Source: Alphaproteobacteria bacterium (lineage in GTDB: Bacteria; Pseudomonadota; Alphaproteobacteria; UBA6615). Taken from it: a stretch of DNA of 37,176 nucleotides. The notes below the pieces were generated by a model that saw only the letters and a list, made by a program, of their open reading frames with translations, searched no databases and was not told the origin of the DNA. The position numbers were made by a program, and so were the translations under genes. Positions 28,384-37,041 of the stretch are shown here, one piece after another; positions within the stretch are counted from its first letter, which is position 1; each line of letters begins with the position of its first letter. The stretch covers positions 1 to 37,176 of the forward strand of contig CBDHEC010000027.1 in assembly GCA_965261975.1 (NCBI GenBank), read 5' to 3'.

Positions 28384-29418
28384 TTAGCGGATTGGCGGCG
28401 AGTAGAGGATGCCGCCGTTGGTCCACAGGGCGTTCAGGCCTCGTGCAAGCCCGAGTGCCGTGTTCGGCCCAAGATACTCTTCGAATATCTCGCCATAGTT
28501 GCCGCCTGCGGCGATCGCGTTGACGGCCCAGTCCTTGCTGAGGCCGAGCATCTCGCCCGTGGAGCCCTCGGCGCCGAGCATCCGGTTAATCTCCGGATTG
28601 TCGGTACCCTTTGCCAGCTCGGCGACATTCGCCTTGGTGACGCCAAGCTCCTCGGCGGAAATCAGCGCGTTCAGGGTCCAGCGTGCAATGTCGGCCCACT
28701 GGTCGTCGCCCTGGCGGACGAGCGGCCCGAGCGGTTCTTTGGAGATGATCTCCGGGAAGACCATGTGGTTTTGCGCGTCATCAAATGTCGCCTTGGTGGC
28801 GGCGAGGCCCGACGCGTCGGTCGTGTAGACATCGCAGCGCTCCGCTTCATAGGCGGCACGTGCCTCGGCGTTCGTCTCGATCGGCACCGGCTCATACTTG
28901 ATGCCGTTGTCGCGCGCGAAGTCGGCGAGGTTCAGTTCGGTCGTCGTGCCGGTCTGGATGCAGATCGAGGCGCCGTCGAGTTCCGTGGCGCTCTTGATGC
29001 CGAGTGCCGTGCGGCCGATGAAGCCCTGGCCGTCATAGTAGTTCACACCGACAAAGGTGAAGCCCAGATCGACATCACGCGACAGCGTCCAGGTCGTGTT
29101 GCGCGACAGCACGTCGATTTCACCCGAGGCGAGCGCAGGGAAGCGCTGCTTGCCGGTCAGGCTGACATATTTGACCTTGCTGGGGTCGCCGAGCACCGCG
29201 CCCGCGAGCGCCTTGCAGTAGGCAACGTCGAAGCCCTGCCAGTTACCCTTGTCGTCGGTGAAGGCAAAGCCCGGAAGGCCGGTGTTCATGCCGCAGTTCA
29301 GAACGCCCGCGGCGCGGACGTCTTCGAGTGTGCCGGCATGCGCCGTGTTCGCATTGCTGCCAATCGCCACGAGGCCGGCGACGGCGACAGCGCCTGTCAG
29401 TAGTTTCATTTTCATCAT
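28384..29418 (-). CDS. aapJ: General L-amino acid ABC transporter substrate-binding protein
   Basis: Signal peptide; GLPGF, DVLSRNTTWTLSRD, YYDGQGF, GTTTELNLAD, ISKEPLGP, GNYGEIF, RGLNALW..GG..YSPPIR; RBS AGGGAG. Confidence 0.95.
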   Translation of the reverse strand: MMKMKLLTGAVAVAGLVAIGSNANTAHAGTLEDVRAAGVLNCGMNTGLPGFAFTDDKGNWQGFDVAYCKALAGAVLGDPSKVKYVSLTGKQRFPALASGEIDVLSRNTTWTLSRDVDLGFTFVGVNYYDGQGFIGRTALGIKSATELDGASICIQTGTTTELNLADFARDNGIKYEPVPIETNAEARAAYEAERCDVYTTDASGLAATKATFDDAQNHMVFPEIISKEPLGPLVRQGDDQWADIARWTLNALISAEELGVTKANVAELAKGTDNPEINRMLGAEGSTGEMLGLSKDWAVNAIAAGGNYGEIFEEYLGPNTALGLARGLNALWTNGGILYSPPIR

Positions 29419-29572
29419 GGTTCTCCCTGTTAAATGTCCGTTTAAGGATTTCCCCCCGCAAGGCGGTTCCTTCTTGTTTCGTTGCCCTGATCTTGCCTTT
29501 ATCGGAAGCCCCGCGACAACAGGGTTATCAAAAAAATTGATCTCGTCCATTCGTCGGATGCATTGTTCGGGA

Positions 29573-30553
29573 ATGGCTAATTTATCGACATTCCGGGGGC
29601 GTTGGTCTGGCCGGCGCGTCCGTAGGTTTGTTTTCTGCATTGGATTGACCGCTTGTGCGGCACCCCTGCAGGAACCAGCACGCGCGCCGGTACGCGACGT
29701 AGACCCCGTGACGGTTGTCGCGTTCGGCGACATGCCGTATCGCACGGTGGATTTTCCGGCATTTGAGCAATTGCTGCATCGCATCAGCGCCGAGGCGCCG
29801 GATGTCACCATCCATGTTGGCGATATCAAAGGGGGCGGGCCTTGTGACGAGGCGATCTACCTGCGCCAGCGCGACTATATGAACAGTGTTGCCGGTCCGC
29901 TGGTCTATACTCCCGGAGACAATGAGTGGACCGACTGCCACCGGCCTGGCTGGGGCGACCACGACCCTCGTGAACGTCTGTCGGTCCTGCGCGAACTGTT
30001 CTTTGCAACTCCGTCGAGCCTGGGGCGTGATCCGATCACGCTCGAACGCCAATCGGACAAGACGCCGGCCCACAAGGCCATGGTCGAGAATGCGCGCTGG
30101 CGCGTCGGCGATGTGTTGTTCGGGACGGCACATGTGGTCGGATCGAACAATGGGCGCCGGGCCGGGGATGCCGCTGCGATTGCGGAGTATGAACAGCGCG
30201 ACGCGGCCAACATCGAATGGATTGATGAACTTTTCGAGACCGCGCGGGCCACGCGAGCAAGCACGGTGGTGCTGGCGTTCCAGGCCGACCCCTATCAACT
30301 CTACGGGCTGGGCGGGGGCTTTCGTGCAACCCTGTCCGCCATCACCCGGGGCGCGATTGCCTTTGACGGACCGGTGCTGGTGATTCATGGCGACGGGCAT
30401 GTGTTTACCGTCGACACCCCGTTCCAGGATTTCGACGGCAATGTGATGGATAATGTTTGGCGTGTTGAAGTGCCCGGTGCGCTTGATATTCGCGCCGTTC
30501 GGATACGGATTAACCCGGACGCAGCAAAGTTGTTCGACGTCGAGTTGTTCTAG
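29573..30553 (+). CDS. Metallophosphoesterase-like (calcineurin-like) exported protein, probable lipoprotein
   Basis: Arg-rich N-terminus, then LTAC lipobox-like; FGDMPY, HVGDIK, PGDNEWTDCH, HVVGSNN, IHGDGH motifs. Start uncertain. Confidence 0.72.
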   Translation: MANLSTFRGRWSGRRVRRFVFCIGLTACAAPLQEPARAPVRDVDPVTVVAFGDMPYRTVDFPAFEQLLHRISAEAPDVTIHVGDIKGGGPCDEAIYLRQRDYMNSVAGPLVYTPGDNEWTDCHRPGWGDHDPRERLSVLRELFFATPSSLGRDPITLERQSDKTPAHKAMVENARWRVGDVLFGTAHVVGSNNGRRAGDAAAIAEYEQRDAANIEWIDELFETARATRASTVVLAFQADPYQLYGLGGGFRATLSAITRGAIAFDGPVLVIHGDGHVFTVDTPFQDFDGNVMDNVWRVEVPGALDIRAVRIRINPDAAKLFDVELF

Positions 30554-30565
30554 TCGGGTTCCGGA

Positions 30566-31543
30566 CTAGTTGACCCGGGGCTTCTTGAGAAAGTCCGACC
30601 GAGCCGCGCTTTCGATATTGACCGAGACGACCTGGCTGTCCCGGTTCAGGGTGAGCGGCACCATCACGCCAGCGTCACCCCGCGACCAGATCTTGCGGAA
30701 CAGGGTCGAGAGCCCCGAGATGTCCTCTCCGTCGACACCCAGCACCATGTCACCCGGTTCGACCCCGGCGCGCATGGCGGGCCCGCCTTCGGCGATGCCT
30801 GCGACGACCAGATGGTTCTCGGCCTCCGCCGTCGTCATTCCCAGCCAGGGCCGCGCGGCCCGGCGTCGGCCGCCATGCTCAATGATCTCGCGGAGAATCG
30901 GCTTCAGCAGGTCGATGGGAACGATCATGTTTCCGTCGATCTCGTCATCGTCGCCGGCGGCCTGCTGGATATAAAGTGACCCGATCCCGGCGAGATGGCC
31001 CGCCTGATTGATCACGGCCGCGCCGCTCCAGCGCGGATGCGCGGGCACCGTAAAAATGGCGCTGTCGAGCACATACTCCCAGGACCCGGCGAACTCGCGG
31101 ACTGAAATCACCTGCGTATTGATGGCGGCCTCGCGTCCGCCCTGTCCGGCCACGATCAGCGAGTCACCGGTGGAGATCTCGGTGGCATCGCCCAGCGGCA
31201 TCGCCGGCAGGTTCAGCACGCCCAGCGCCTGCACGAGGCCAAAACCGGTTTCCTGGTCATAGCCGACGACATGGGCGGCATGGGCGCCGCCATGATTGTC
31301 GATCAACCAGACATCCTCGGCTTCCGTGACCAGATACCCGATGGTCAGGACCATGCCGTCGTCGCTGATGACCACGCCCTGGCCTTCCCGCTCGGTGCCG
31401 AGGATCGGCGCCGTGAAGGCATCGTCGGGCACGCGCGACTGCAGGGCCACGACCGACGAGAGCGTGCGCTCAAGATCGAAGGACACTTCGTCGGGTTTCG
31501 GGTGTCGTCCGAGGTTCAGGTTCCAAGGGTGCGATTCACTCAC
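30566..31543 (-). CDS. S1C/HtrA-like trypsin-fold + PDZ protein with degenerate catalytic triad
   Basis: GQGVVI..DG.VLT, VVGYDQETG, RPWLG (PDZ carboxylate loop), GGPAMRAGVEPGD. GTG start at 31543 assumed. Confidence 0.85.
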   Translation of the reverse strand: MSESHPWNLNLGRHPKPDEVSFDLERTLSSVVALQSRVPDDAFTAPILGTEREGQGVVISDDGMVLTIGYLVTEAEDVWLIDNHGGAHAAHVVGYDQETGFGLVQALGVLNLPAMPLGDATEISTGDSLIVAGQGGREAAINTQVISVREFAGSWEYVLDSAIFTVPAHPRWSGAAVINQAGHLAGIGSLYIQQAAGDDDEIDGNMIVPIDLLKPILREIIEHGGRRRAARPWLGMTTAEAENHLVVAGIAEGGPAMRAGVEPGDMVLGVDGEDISGLSTLFRKIWSRGDAGVMVPLTLNRDSQVVSVNIESAARSDFLKKPRVN

Positions 31544-31723
31544 GCCTTGCACTCCGGTTGCTGGCTTGTGCGCGAAGTCGCGCGAATGCGGGTTGCCGGT
31601 GTTAGTGACCTTCCGACCCCGCCGTCAAGTCTCTGCACTTGTGACAGCCAGAGTATCGGGTGTCCGTAAGCGATTCGAAACGCGCCATCTTTCGGGCGCG
31701 TCGCGTTTGAAATTGGTGGAATT

Positions 31724-31739
31724 CGGCACATTAATTGCT
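31724..31739 (+). promoter_or_regulatory. sigma-54 (-24/-12) promoter upstream of the RTX-repeat gene
   Basis: CGGCAC-ATTAA-TTGCT; GG (31725-26) and GC (31737-38) are separated by exactly 10 nt in an AT-rich intergenic region. Confidence 0.68.
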
Positions 31740-31793
31740 TCTGTTTAGTTAAGGGCGGCAGCTGTGTTCCCGTCCTGCGGAAGTACAAAACGG

Positions 31794-31823
31794 TTGTTTT
31801 TGTATTATAGTCAACAAAAACAA
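31794..31823. promoter_or_regulatory. AT-rich perfect inverted repeat, candidate regulator-binding site
   Basis: TTGTTTTTGT-N10-ACAAAAACAA; overlaps an IHF-like AAACAATAGTTTA (31818-31830). Confidence 0.5.
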
Positions 31824-31962
31824 TAGTTTAAACGAAGTTGAGGAAAAGGGAGTTTACGGGGGCGGCTCAAAATGCGGTACTTGAATATGCAGTTTGCGAC
31901 AGATTTTCGCATTTCGAACTGCTTGCCGAGGGCGCAAATCGGTTTCGTAAAGGTGGAAAAAG

Positions 31963-33306
31963 ATGGCCAAAATCAACGGTGACGGCAACGACAACACCCT
32001 CGACGGCACGTCAAAGGCCGATACGATCAAGGGTTTCGCGGGCGACGATATCCTGAACGGGTTTGCAGGCGCCGATAAGCTCTATGGCGGCGATGACAAC
32101 GATATCCTGAACGGTGGTGATGGCGCCGATCGCCTGTATGGCGAGAACGGCGACGACACACTGAACGGCGGCAATGGCGCCGACCGGCTCTACGGCGGCA
32201 CCGGTAATGATGACATCCGCGGCGATGCCGGCAACGACCGGGCCTGGGGTGGCGACGGAAACGACCAGATTCGCGGCGGCGACGGCAATGATCAGCTGCG
32301 CGGCGAAGATGGCATCGACACGCTCTGGGGCGACGCCGGTAACGACAAGCTCTGGGGCGGCAACGGCGATGATCAGCTTCATGGCGGCACCGGCAATGAT
32401 CTGCTCTATGGCGACGATGGCGACGACCATATCTGGGGCGATGACGGCAACGACAAGCTCTACGGCGGCAAGGGTAACGACAACCTTCAAGCCAGCCTGG
32501 GGGCGGATATCCTCTCCGGGCAGGACGGCAACGACACGCTCGACGGCGGCGAGGGCAAGGACACCCTCGACGGCGGCAATCACAACGACACCCTGTTCGG
32601 GGGGTTGGGCAACGACACCCTGCGCGGCCGCAACGATGACGACGAACTCCACGGTGGTGGGGACGACGACAAGCTCTATGGCGACGGCGGTGACGATGAA
32701 CTGTTTGGCGATGATGGTGCCGACAAGCTTTATGGCGGTTCCGGCAACGATATCGTGAACGGCGGCGCGGGCGCCGACCTCGTCGAAGGTGATTCCGGCG
32801 ACGACACACTGGACGGCGGCGCGGGTGCGAATCTGCGCGTTGAAGGCACCGAGGGCACCGACATCATCTTCGGCGGCGAGGCAGACGGCATCACCGATGC
32901 CAACGGCTATGACGACCGCATCTATGCCAGCCACGGCAACGACATCCTGGTCGGCGGCGCCGACTATGACGTCTATTACTTCGGCCGCGGCGATGGGAAG
33001 GACTACATCTTCGACGGCAACGGCGAAGATGCCTCCGGCTACTCCAATGCGCTCGTCCTGTTCGAGGGATTTGACTCGAACGGCGACCAGCGTACCGAGG
33101 GTGTTGGCGTAAACGACGTCAAATTCACCAACAATGGTGACGGCACCTGGAAGATCGAATTCGTCAATCCGGCCACACAGCAGGCCAATGGCGACGGGAC
33201 CATCACTTTCGCAGCAGGTGAGATTAGCGACATCAACCTGCGTGATGGTTCGAATGTCGTGCGGTACAGCTACAACGACGCGACGGACGATTACGACATC
33301 GTCTGA
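31963..33306 (+). CDS. RTX-type calcium-binding repeat protein (probable type I secretion substrate)
   Basis: Tandem L-x-G-G-x-G-x-D-x nonapeptides from residue 4; no N-terminal signal peptide; no Cys; acidic; ends ...DDYDIV. Confidence 0.92.
   Translation: MAKINGDGNDNTLDGTSKADTIKGFAGDDILNGFAGADKLYGGDDNDILNGGDGADRLYGENGDDTLNGGNGADRLYGGTGNDDIRGDAGNDRAWGGDGNDQIRGGDGNDQLRGEDGIDTLWGDAGNDKLWGGNGDDQLHGGTGNDLLYGDDGDDHIWGDDGNDKLYGGKGNDNLQASLGADILSGQDGNDTLDGGEGKDTLDGGNHNDTLFGGLGNDTLRGRNDDDELHGGGDDDKLYGDGGDDELFGDDGADKLYGGSGNDIVNGGAGADLVEGDSGDDTLDGGAGANLRVEGTEGTDIIFGGEADGITDANGYDDRIYASHGNDILVGGADYDVYYFGRGDGKDYIFDGNGEDASGYSNALVLFEGFDSNGDQRTEGVGVNDVKFTNNGDGTWKIEFVNPATQQANGDGTITFAAGEISDINLRDGSNVVRYSYNDATDDYDIV
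31972..32835 (+). repeat. Degenerate 27-bp tandem coding repeat (about 32 consecutive RTX nonapeptides)
   Basis: Hand count of uninterrupted 9-aa units from INGDGNDNT to LDGGAGANL. Confidence 0.85.
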
Positions 33307-33429
33307 CGATTTATCTTATTTTCCACCTCCAAGTATCGACTGCGCGATCGGCTTTGCCGGTCGCGCTTTTCATTGTCAGGACGCCTATAATCTTCGGAAT
33401 GCATCGAACATTCTGCACGGATAAACGAT

Positions 33430-34011
33430 ATGACCGCCCAACCTGACCATATCCACGCCATCGACCTGCGGATTCCCGGCGCCGAGGAACTGGACGAGGA
33501 TCTGCGGAAATACTTCACCGTGTGTCAGGACAAGCTCGGCATGGTGCCGAATGTGTTGCAGAGCTATGCGGTGGTGCCCGAGCGTCTGCGTGCCTTCATC
33601 GCCATGTATAACGAGCTGATGTTGTCGGAGATGGGCCTCAGCAAGCTCGAGCGCGAGATGATCGCGACCGTCGTTTCGTCGGAGAACAAATGCTTCTACT
33701 GCGTGGTCGCCCACGGTGCCGGCGTGCGCGAGTTGTCGGGCGATCCCGCGCTGGGGGAGCTGATGGCGATCAACTACCGTGCTGCCGACATTTCCCCGCG
33801 CCAGCGCGCGATGCTGGATTTCGCGGTGAAGATGACCCGCGCGCCCGCCGAGGTGGAGGAACCAGATCGTCAGGCGTTGCGCGACGCTGGTTTCGACGAG
33901 CGCGATATCCTCGATATCGCCAACATTGCAGCCTTCTTCAACATGACCAACCGGGTCTCTACGGCGTTGGACCGTATGCCCAACCCGGAATATCACGCCA
34001 AGGCGCGCTGA
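33430..34011 (+). CDS. Peroxidase-related enzyme (AhpD/carboxymuconolactone decarboxylase family)
   Basis: KLGMVPNV, LSKLEREMIA.VVS..NKCFYCVVAHG (CxxC..H), FFNMTNR. Confidence 0.9.
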   Translation: MTAQPDHIHAIDLRIPGAEELDEDLRKYFTVCQDKLGMVPNVLQSYAVVPERLRAFIAMYNELMLSEMGLSKLEREMIATVVSSENKCFYCVVAHGAGVRELSGDPALGELMAINYRAADISPRQRAMLDFAVKMTRAPAEVEEPDRQALRDAGFDERDILDIANIAAFFNMTNRVSTALDRMPNPEYHAKAR

Positions 34012-34027
34012 ATAGCTATTCTGGCCG

Positions 34028-34056
34028 TTGACATGGTGGGGCCGCACGGCTAGTTT
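34028..34056 (+). promoter_or_regulatory. sigma-70 promoter of rpmJ
   Basis: TTGACA-N17-TAGTTT followed by a GC-rich discriminator. Confidence 0.7.
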
Positions 34057-34107
34057 CCGCGCGTTTCCGCCATTTGGGGCGGGATTTTCTTATTTGGGAG
34101 CGGTCCG

Positions 34108-34233
34108 ATGAAGGTCGCAAGTTCGCTGAAGACACTCAAGAAGCGCGGTCGTGGCTGCCAGGTCGTACGCCGGCGTGGACGCATCTACGTGATCAACAAG
34201 CGCAACCCCCGCTTCAAGGCGCGCCAGGGCTGA
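34108..34233 (+). CDS. rpmJ: 50S ribosomal protein L36 (type B, ykgO-like, no zinc ribbon)
   Basis: Hand translation [41 protein letters not shown] (41 aa); RBS GGGAG; below the ORF-track size cut-off. Confidence 0.97.
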   Translation: MKVASSLKTLKKRGRGCQVVRRRGRIYVINKRNPRFKARQG

Positions 34234-34259
34234 GCGCTCGCGCGAAACGAAGTGATGAG

Positions 34260-34286
34260 AAAACCGCGCGTTTTGCGCGGTTTTTT
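34260..34286 (+). terminator. Rho-independent terminator after rpmJ
   Basis: AAAACCGCGC-GTTTT-GCGCGGTTTTTT hairpin with U-tract. Confidence 0.85.
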
Positions 34287-34333
34287 GTTGCCCGCCGCTC
34301 GCTATACTCTCGGCTGCGTTATGGAGATGCCCC

Positions 34334-35821
34334 ATGAAGATGCCTGAACCCGATGCCCAGACCCTCGCGCGACGCGAAGAGATCGTTGCGGAGATGCGCG
34401 CCATTGTGCCGGGTGAGGGGGTGATCGCCGACGAGACCGGCATGGCGGTCTATGAATCAGACGGGCTCACGGCCTACCGGCAACTGCCGATGATCGTCGT
34501 CCTGCCCGAGACCGTCGCCCAGGTCTCGGCGATCATGCGCTACTGCACGGAGAACAACGTGAAGATCGTCCCGCGCGGTGCGGGCACGTCATTGTCGGGC
34601 GGCGCGCTGCCGGCGGCCGATGCGATCACGCTGGGGCTCGGCAAGTTCAACCGCGTGCTCGAGATCGACTATGAAAATCGCTGCGCCGTCGTCCAGCCCG
34701 GGGTGACCAATCTCGGGATCACTCACGCGGTCGAGGCGGATAGCTTCTATTACGCGCCGGACCCGTCGAGCCAGATTGCCTGCACCATCGGTGGCAACGT
34801 GGCCGAGAACTCCGGCGGCGTGCATTGCCTGAAATACGGTCTGACCACCAACAATATCCTCGGCATCGAAATGGTGCTGCCCGACGGCGAGATCCTGCGC
34901 CTCGGCGGCAAACACATGGATTCCGAGGGCTATGACCTGCTGGGTTTGATGACCGGCTCGGAGGGGCTGCTGGGCGTAATCACGGAAGTGACGGTGCGAA
35001 TCCTGCCCAAACCGACCACCGCGCGCGCGCTCATGATCGGTTTCGAATCCAGCACCGCGGGGGGGCAATGCGTCGCCGATATCATCGGCGCGGGGATCAT
35101 TCCCGGCGGCATGGAGATGATGGACCGGCCCGCAATCAAGGCCGCCGAGGCCTTCGTGCAGGTCGGCTACCCGCTGGATGTCGAGGCGCTGCTCCTGGTC
35201 GAGCTCGATGGTCCACCGGTCGAGGTGGACTATCTGATAGGCCGGGTGCGTGAGATCGCCGAGGGGCTGGGCGCAGTCTCGATCCGGGTGTCCGAGAATG
35301 AAGATGAGCGCAATCAGTTCTGGGCCGGCCGCAAGGCCGCGTTCCCCGCGATCGGCCGGCTGACGCCGGACTATTACTGCATGGATGGCACCATCCCGCG
35401 CCACCGGCTTCCCGAGGTACTCGAGCGGATGTCCGGCCTGTCGGAGAAATACGGGCTCGGGGTCGCCAATGTTTTTCACGCCGGCGACGGTAATCTGCAC
35501 CCGCTGATCATGTACGACGCCAACAAACCGGGCGAGCTCGACCGGGCGGAGAATTTCGGCTCCGATATCCTGCGCCTGTGTGTCGAGGTCGGCGGCGTCC
35601 TGACCGGCGAGCACGGCGTGGGCGTCGAGAAGCGCGACCTCATGTCGGAAGTTTTCACCGACGACGATCTGAACCAGCAGATGCGGGTCAAGTGCGCCTT
35701 CGACCCCAACCAGCTGCTCAACCCGGGCAAGGTCTTCCCGACCCTGCATCGCTGCGCCGAACTCGGCCGCATGCATATTCATCGCGGGCAGATGCCTTTT
35801 CCCGATTTGCCCCGTTTCTGA
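34334..35821 (+). CDS. glcD: Glycolate oxidase/dehydrogenase FAD-linked subunit
   Basis: PRGAGTSLSGGA, YAPDPSSQIACTIGGNVAENSGG.HCLKYG, NVFHAGDGNLHP, GEHGVG.EK, LLNPGKVFP. Confidence 0.95.
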   Translation: MKMPEPDAQTLARREEIVAEMRAIVPGEGVIADETGMAVYESDGLTAYRQLPMIVVLPETVAQVSAIMRYCTENNVKIVPRGAGTSLSGGALPAADAITLGLGKFNRVLEIDYENRCAVVQPGVTNLGITHAVEADSFYYAPDPSSQIACTIGGNVAENSGGVHCLKYGLTTNNILGIEMVLPDGEILRLGGKHMDSEGYDLLGLMTGSEGLLGVITEVTVRILPKPTTARALMIGFESSTAGGQCVADIIGAGIIPGGMEMMDRPAIKAAEAFVQVGYPLDVEALLLVELDGPPVEVDYLIGRVREIAEGLGAVSIRVSENEDERNQFWAGRKAAFPAIGRLTPDYYCMDGTIPRHRLPEVLERMSGLSEKYGLGVANVFHAGDGNLHPLIMYDANKPGELDRAENFGSDILRLCVEVGGVLTGEHGVGVEKRDLMSEVFTDDDLNQQMRVKCAFDPNQLLNPGKVFPTLHRCAELGRMHIHRGQMPFPDLPRF

Positions 35822-35829
35822 GTCCTGTG

Positions 35830-37038
35830 ATGGTTGAAACCTTCAAACCCGATACCACCGAACAGGTCGTCGAGGCGATTGGCTGGGCGACCGGCGAGGA
35901 AACGCCGCTCGAGATCGTCGGCACCGGCACCAAGCGCGGTTTCGGCCGGCCCCTGGGTGACGGCAACCGGACCATCGCCCACGCCCTCGATCTGTCCGGC
36001 CTGTCCGGCATCACCTTGTATGAGCCCGAGGAGCTGGTCCTGTCCGCCTGGGCGGGCACCCCGCTGGCCGAGATCGAGGCCGCTGTTGCCGAAAAAGGCC
36101 AGATGCTGGCCTTCGAACCGCCGCGTCTTGCGCGGTTGTACGGCGAAGAGGGCGGCACGCTGGGCGGCATGATCGCCTGTAATCTGGCCGGACCGCGGCG
36201 GGTCAAGGCGGGTGCGGCGCGCGATCATATTCTGGGCATCGAGGCCGTTACGGGCCGCGGCGACCTTGTGAAGAGCGGCGGCCGGGTGGTGAAGAATGTG
36301 ACGGGGTACGACCTGTCGAAACTTTTGACCGGTTCATTCGGCACCCTTGCGGCCATGACCCAGATCACCATCAAGGTGCTGCCCGCCGCGGAGACCGAGG
36401 AGACAATTCTGGTCTCTGGCACAGACGAGGTTTCCGCGGCCGGCCTCATGTCTGCCGCCCTCAACTCCAGCAACGAGGTTTCCGGTGCGGCACATCTGAC
36501 CGTCGGCACGGCCTCGGTGCCGGGGCCGGTCACGGCATTCCGGGTCGAAGGTTTTGCGCCCTCGGTTGCCGCGCGTGGCAATGCGCTGCGCGAGCTGGTG
36601 GAGGGACATGGCAGCGTCTCGACGCTTGAACTAGACGGCTCGCGCGCCTTCTGGGCATCGGTGCGTGATGTCGAAGGGGTCGGCGACGGCGCCGCGCCGC
36701 TCTGGCGGCTCTCGGTCACGCCGAACCAGGCCGCCGAAATCACAACCTCTATCGCAGCAGGCATCCCGGGCACAACGCTCTATGACTGGGGCGGGGGGCT
36801 CGTTTGGTATGCGCCTGGGAGTAACGCGCCCGATGCGGGTGCAGCTGCAATACGCGGTGCCCTCGCGGCGAACGGTGGCGGCCACGCCACCCTCGTGCGC
36901 GCGTCCGAAGAAATGCGCCGCACAGTCGACGTGTTCGAGCCTCAGTCAGCAGCGCTGGCGGCCCTGTCGGCCCGGGTGAAGGAAAGCTTCGACCCGCGCC
37001 ATATCCTCAACCCCGGCCGCATGTATAGCGGGGTCTAG
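35830..37038 (+). CDS. glcE: Glycolate oxidase FAD-binding subunit
   Basis: GITLYEPEELV, QMLAFEP, GPRR...GAARDH, GGRVVKNVTGYDLSKL..GSFGTL, DWGGGLVW, FDP..ILNPGRM. Confidence 0.93.
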   Translation: MVETFKPDTTEQVVEAIGWATGEETPLEIVGTGTKRGFGRPLGDGNRTIAHALDLSGLSGITLYEPEELVLSAWAGTPLAEIEAAVAEKGQMLAFEPPRLARLYGEEGGTLGGMIACNLAGPRRVKAGAARDHILGIEAVTGRGDLVKSGGRVVKNVTGYDLSKLLTGSFGTLAAMTQITIKVLPAAETEETILVSGTDEVSAAGLMSAALNSSNEVSGAAHLTVGTASVPGPVTAFRVEGFAPSVAARGNALRELVEGHGSVSTLELDGSRAFWASVRDVEGVGDGAAPLWRLSVTPNQAAEITTSIAAGIPGTTLYDWGGGLVWYAPGSNAPDAGAAAIRGALAANGGGHATLVRASEEMRRTVDVFEPQSAALAALSARVKESFDPRHILNPGRMYSGV

Positions 37039-37041
37039 TCG

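Noticed and set aside
29419-29829. Long N-terminal extensions in the ORF track (aapJ from 29829; likewise aapM 27502, SLT 9793, crotonase 13348, ATPase-2 19360, glcE 35578)
   Set aside because: They overlap neighbouring genes or promoters; downstream starts with an RBS or stop-start coupling fit the family N-termini better.
31731-31752. CtrA box upstream of the RTX gene
   Set aside because: The two TTAA half-sites are 14 nt apart, not the TTAA-N7-TTAA consensus.
31972-32835. CRISPR-like or non-coding tandem array
   Set aside because: The 27-bp periodicity is degenerate and fully explained by in-frame RTX nonapeptides; there are no identical repeats with unique spacers and no cas genes.
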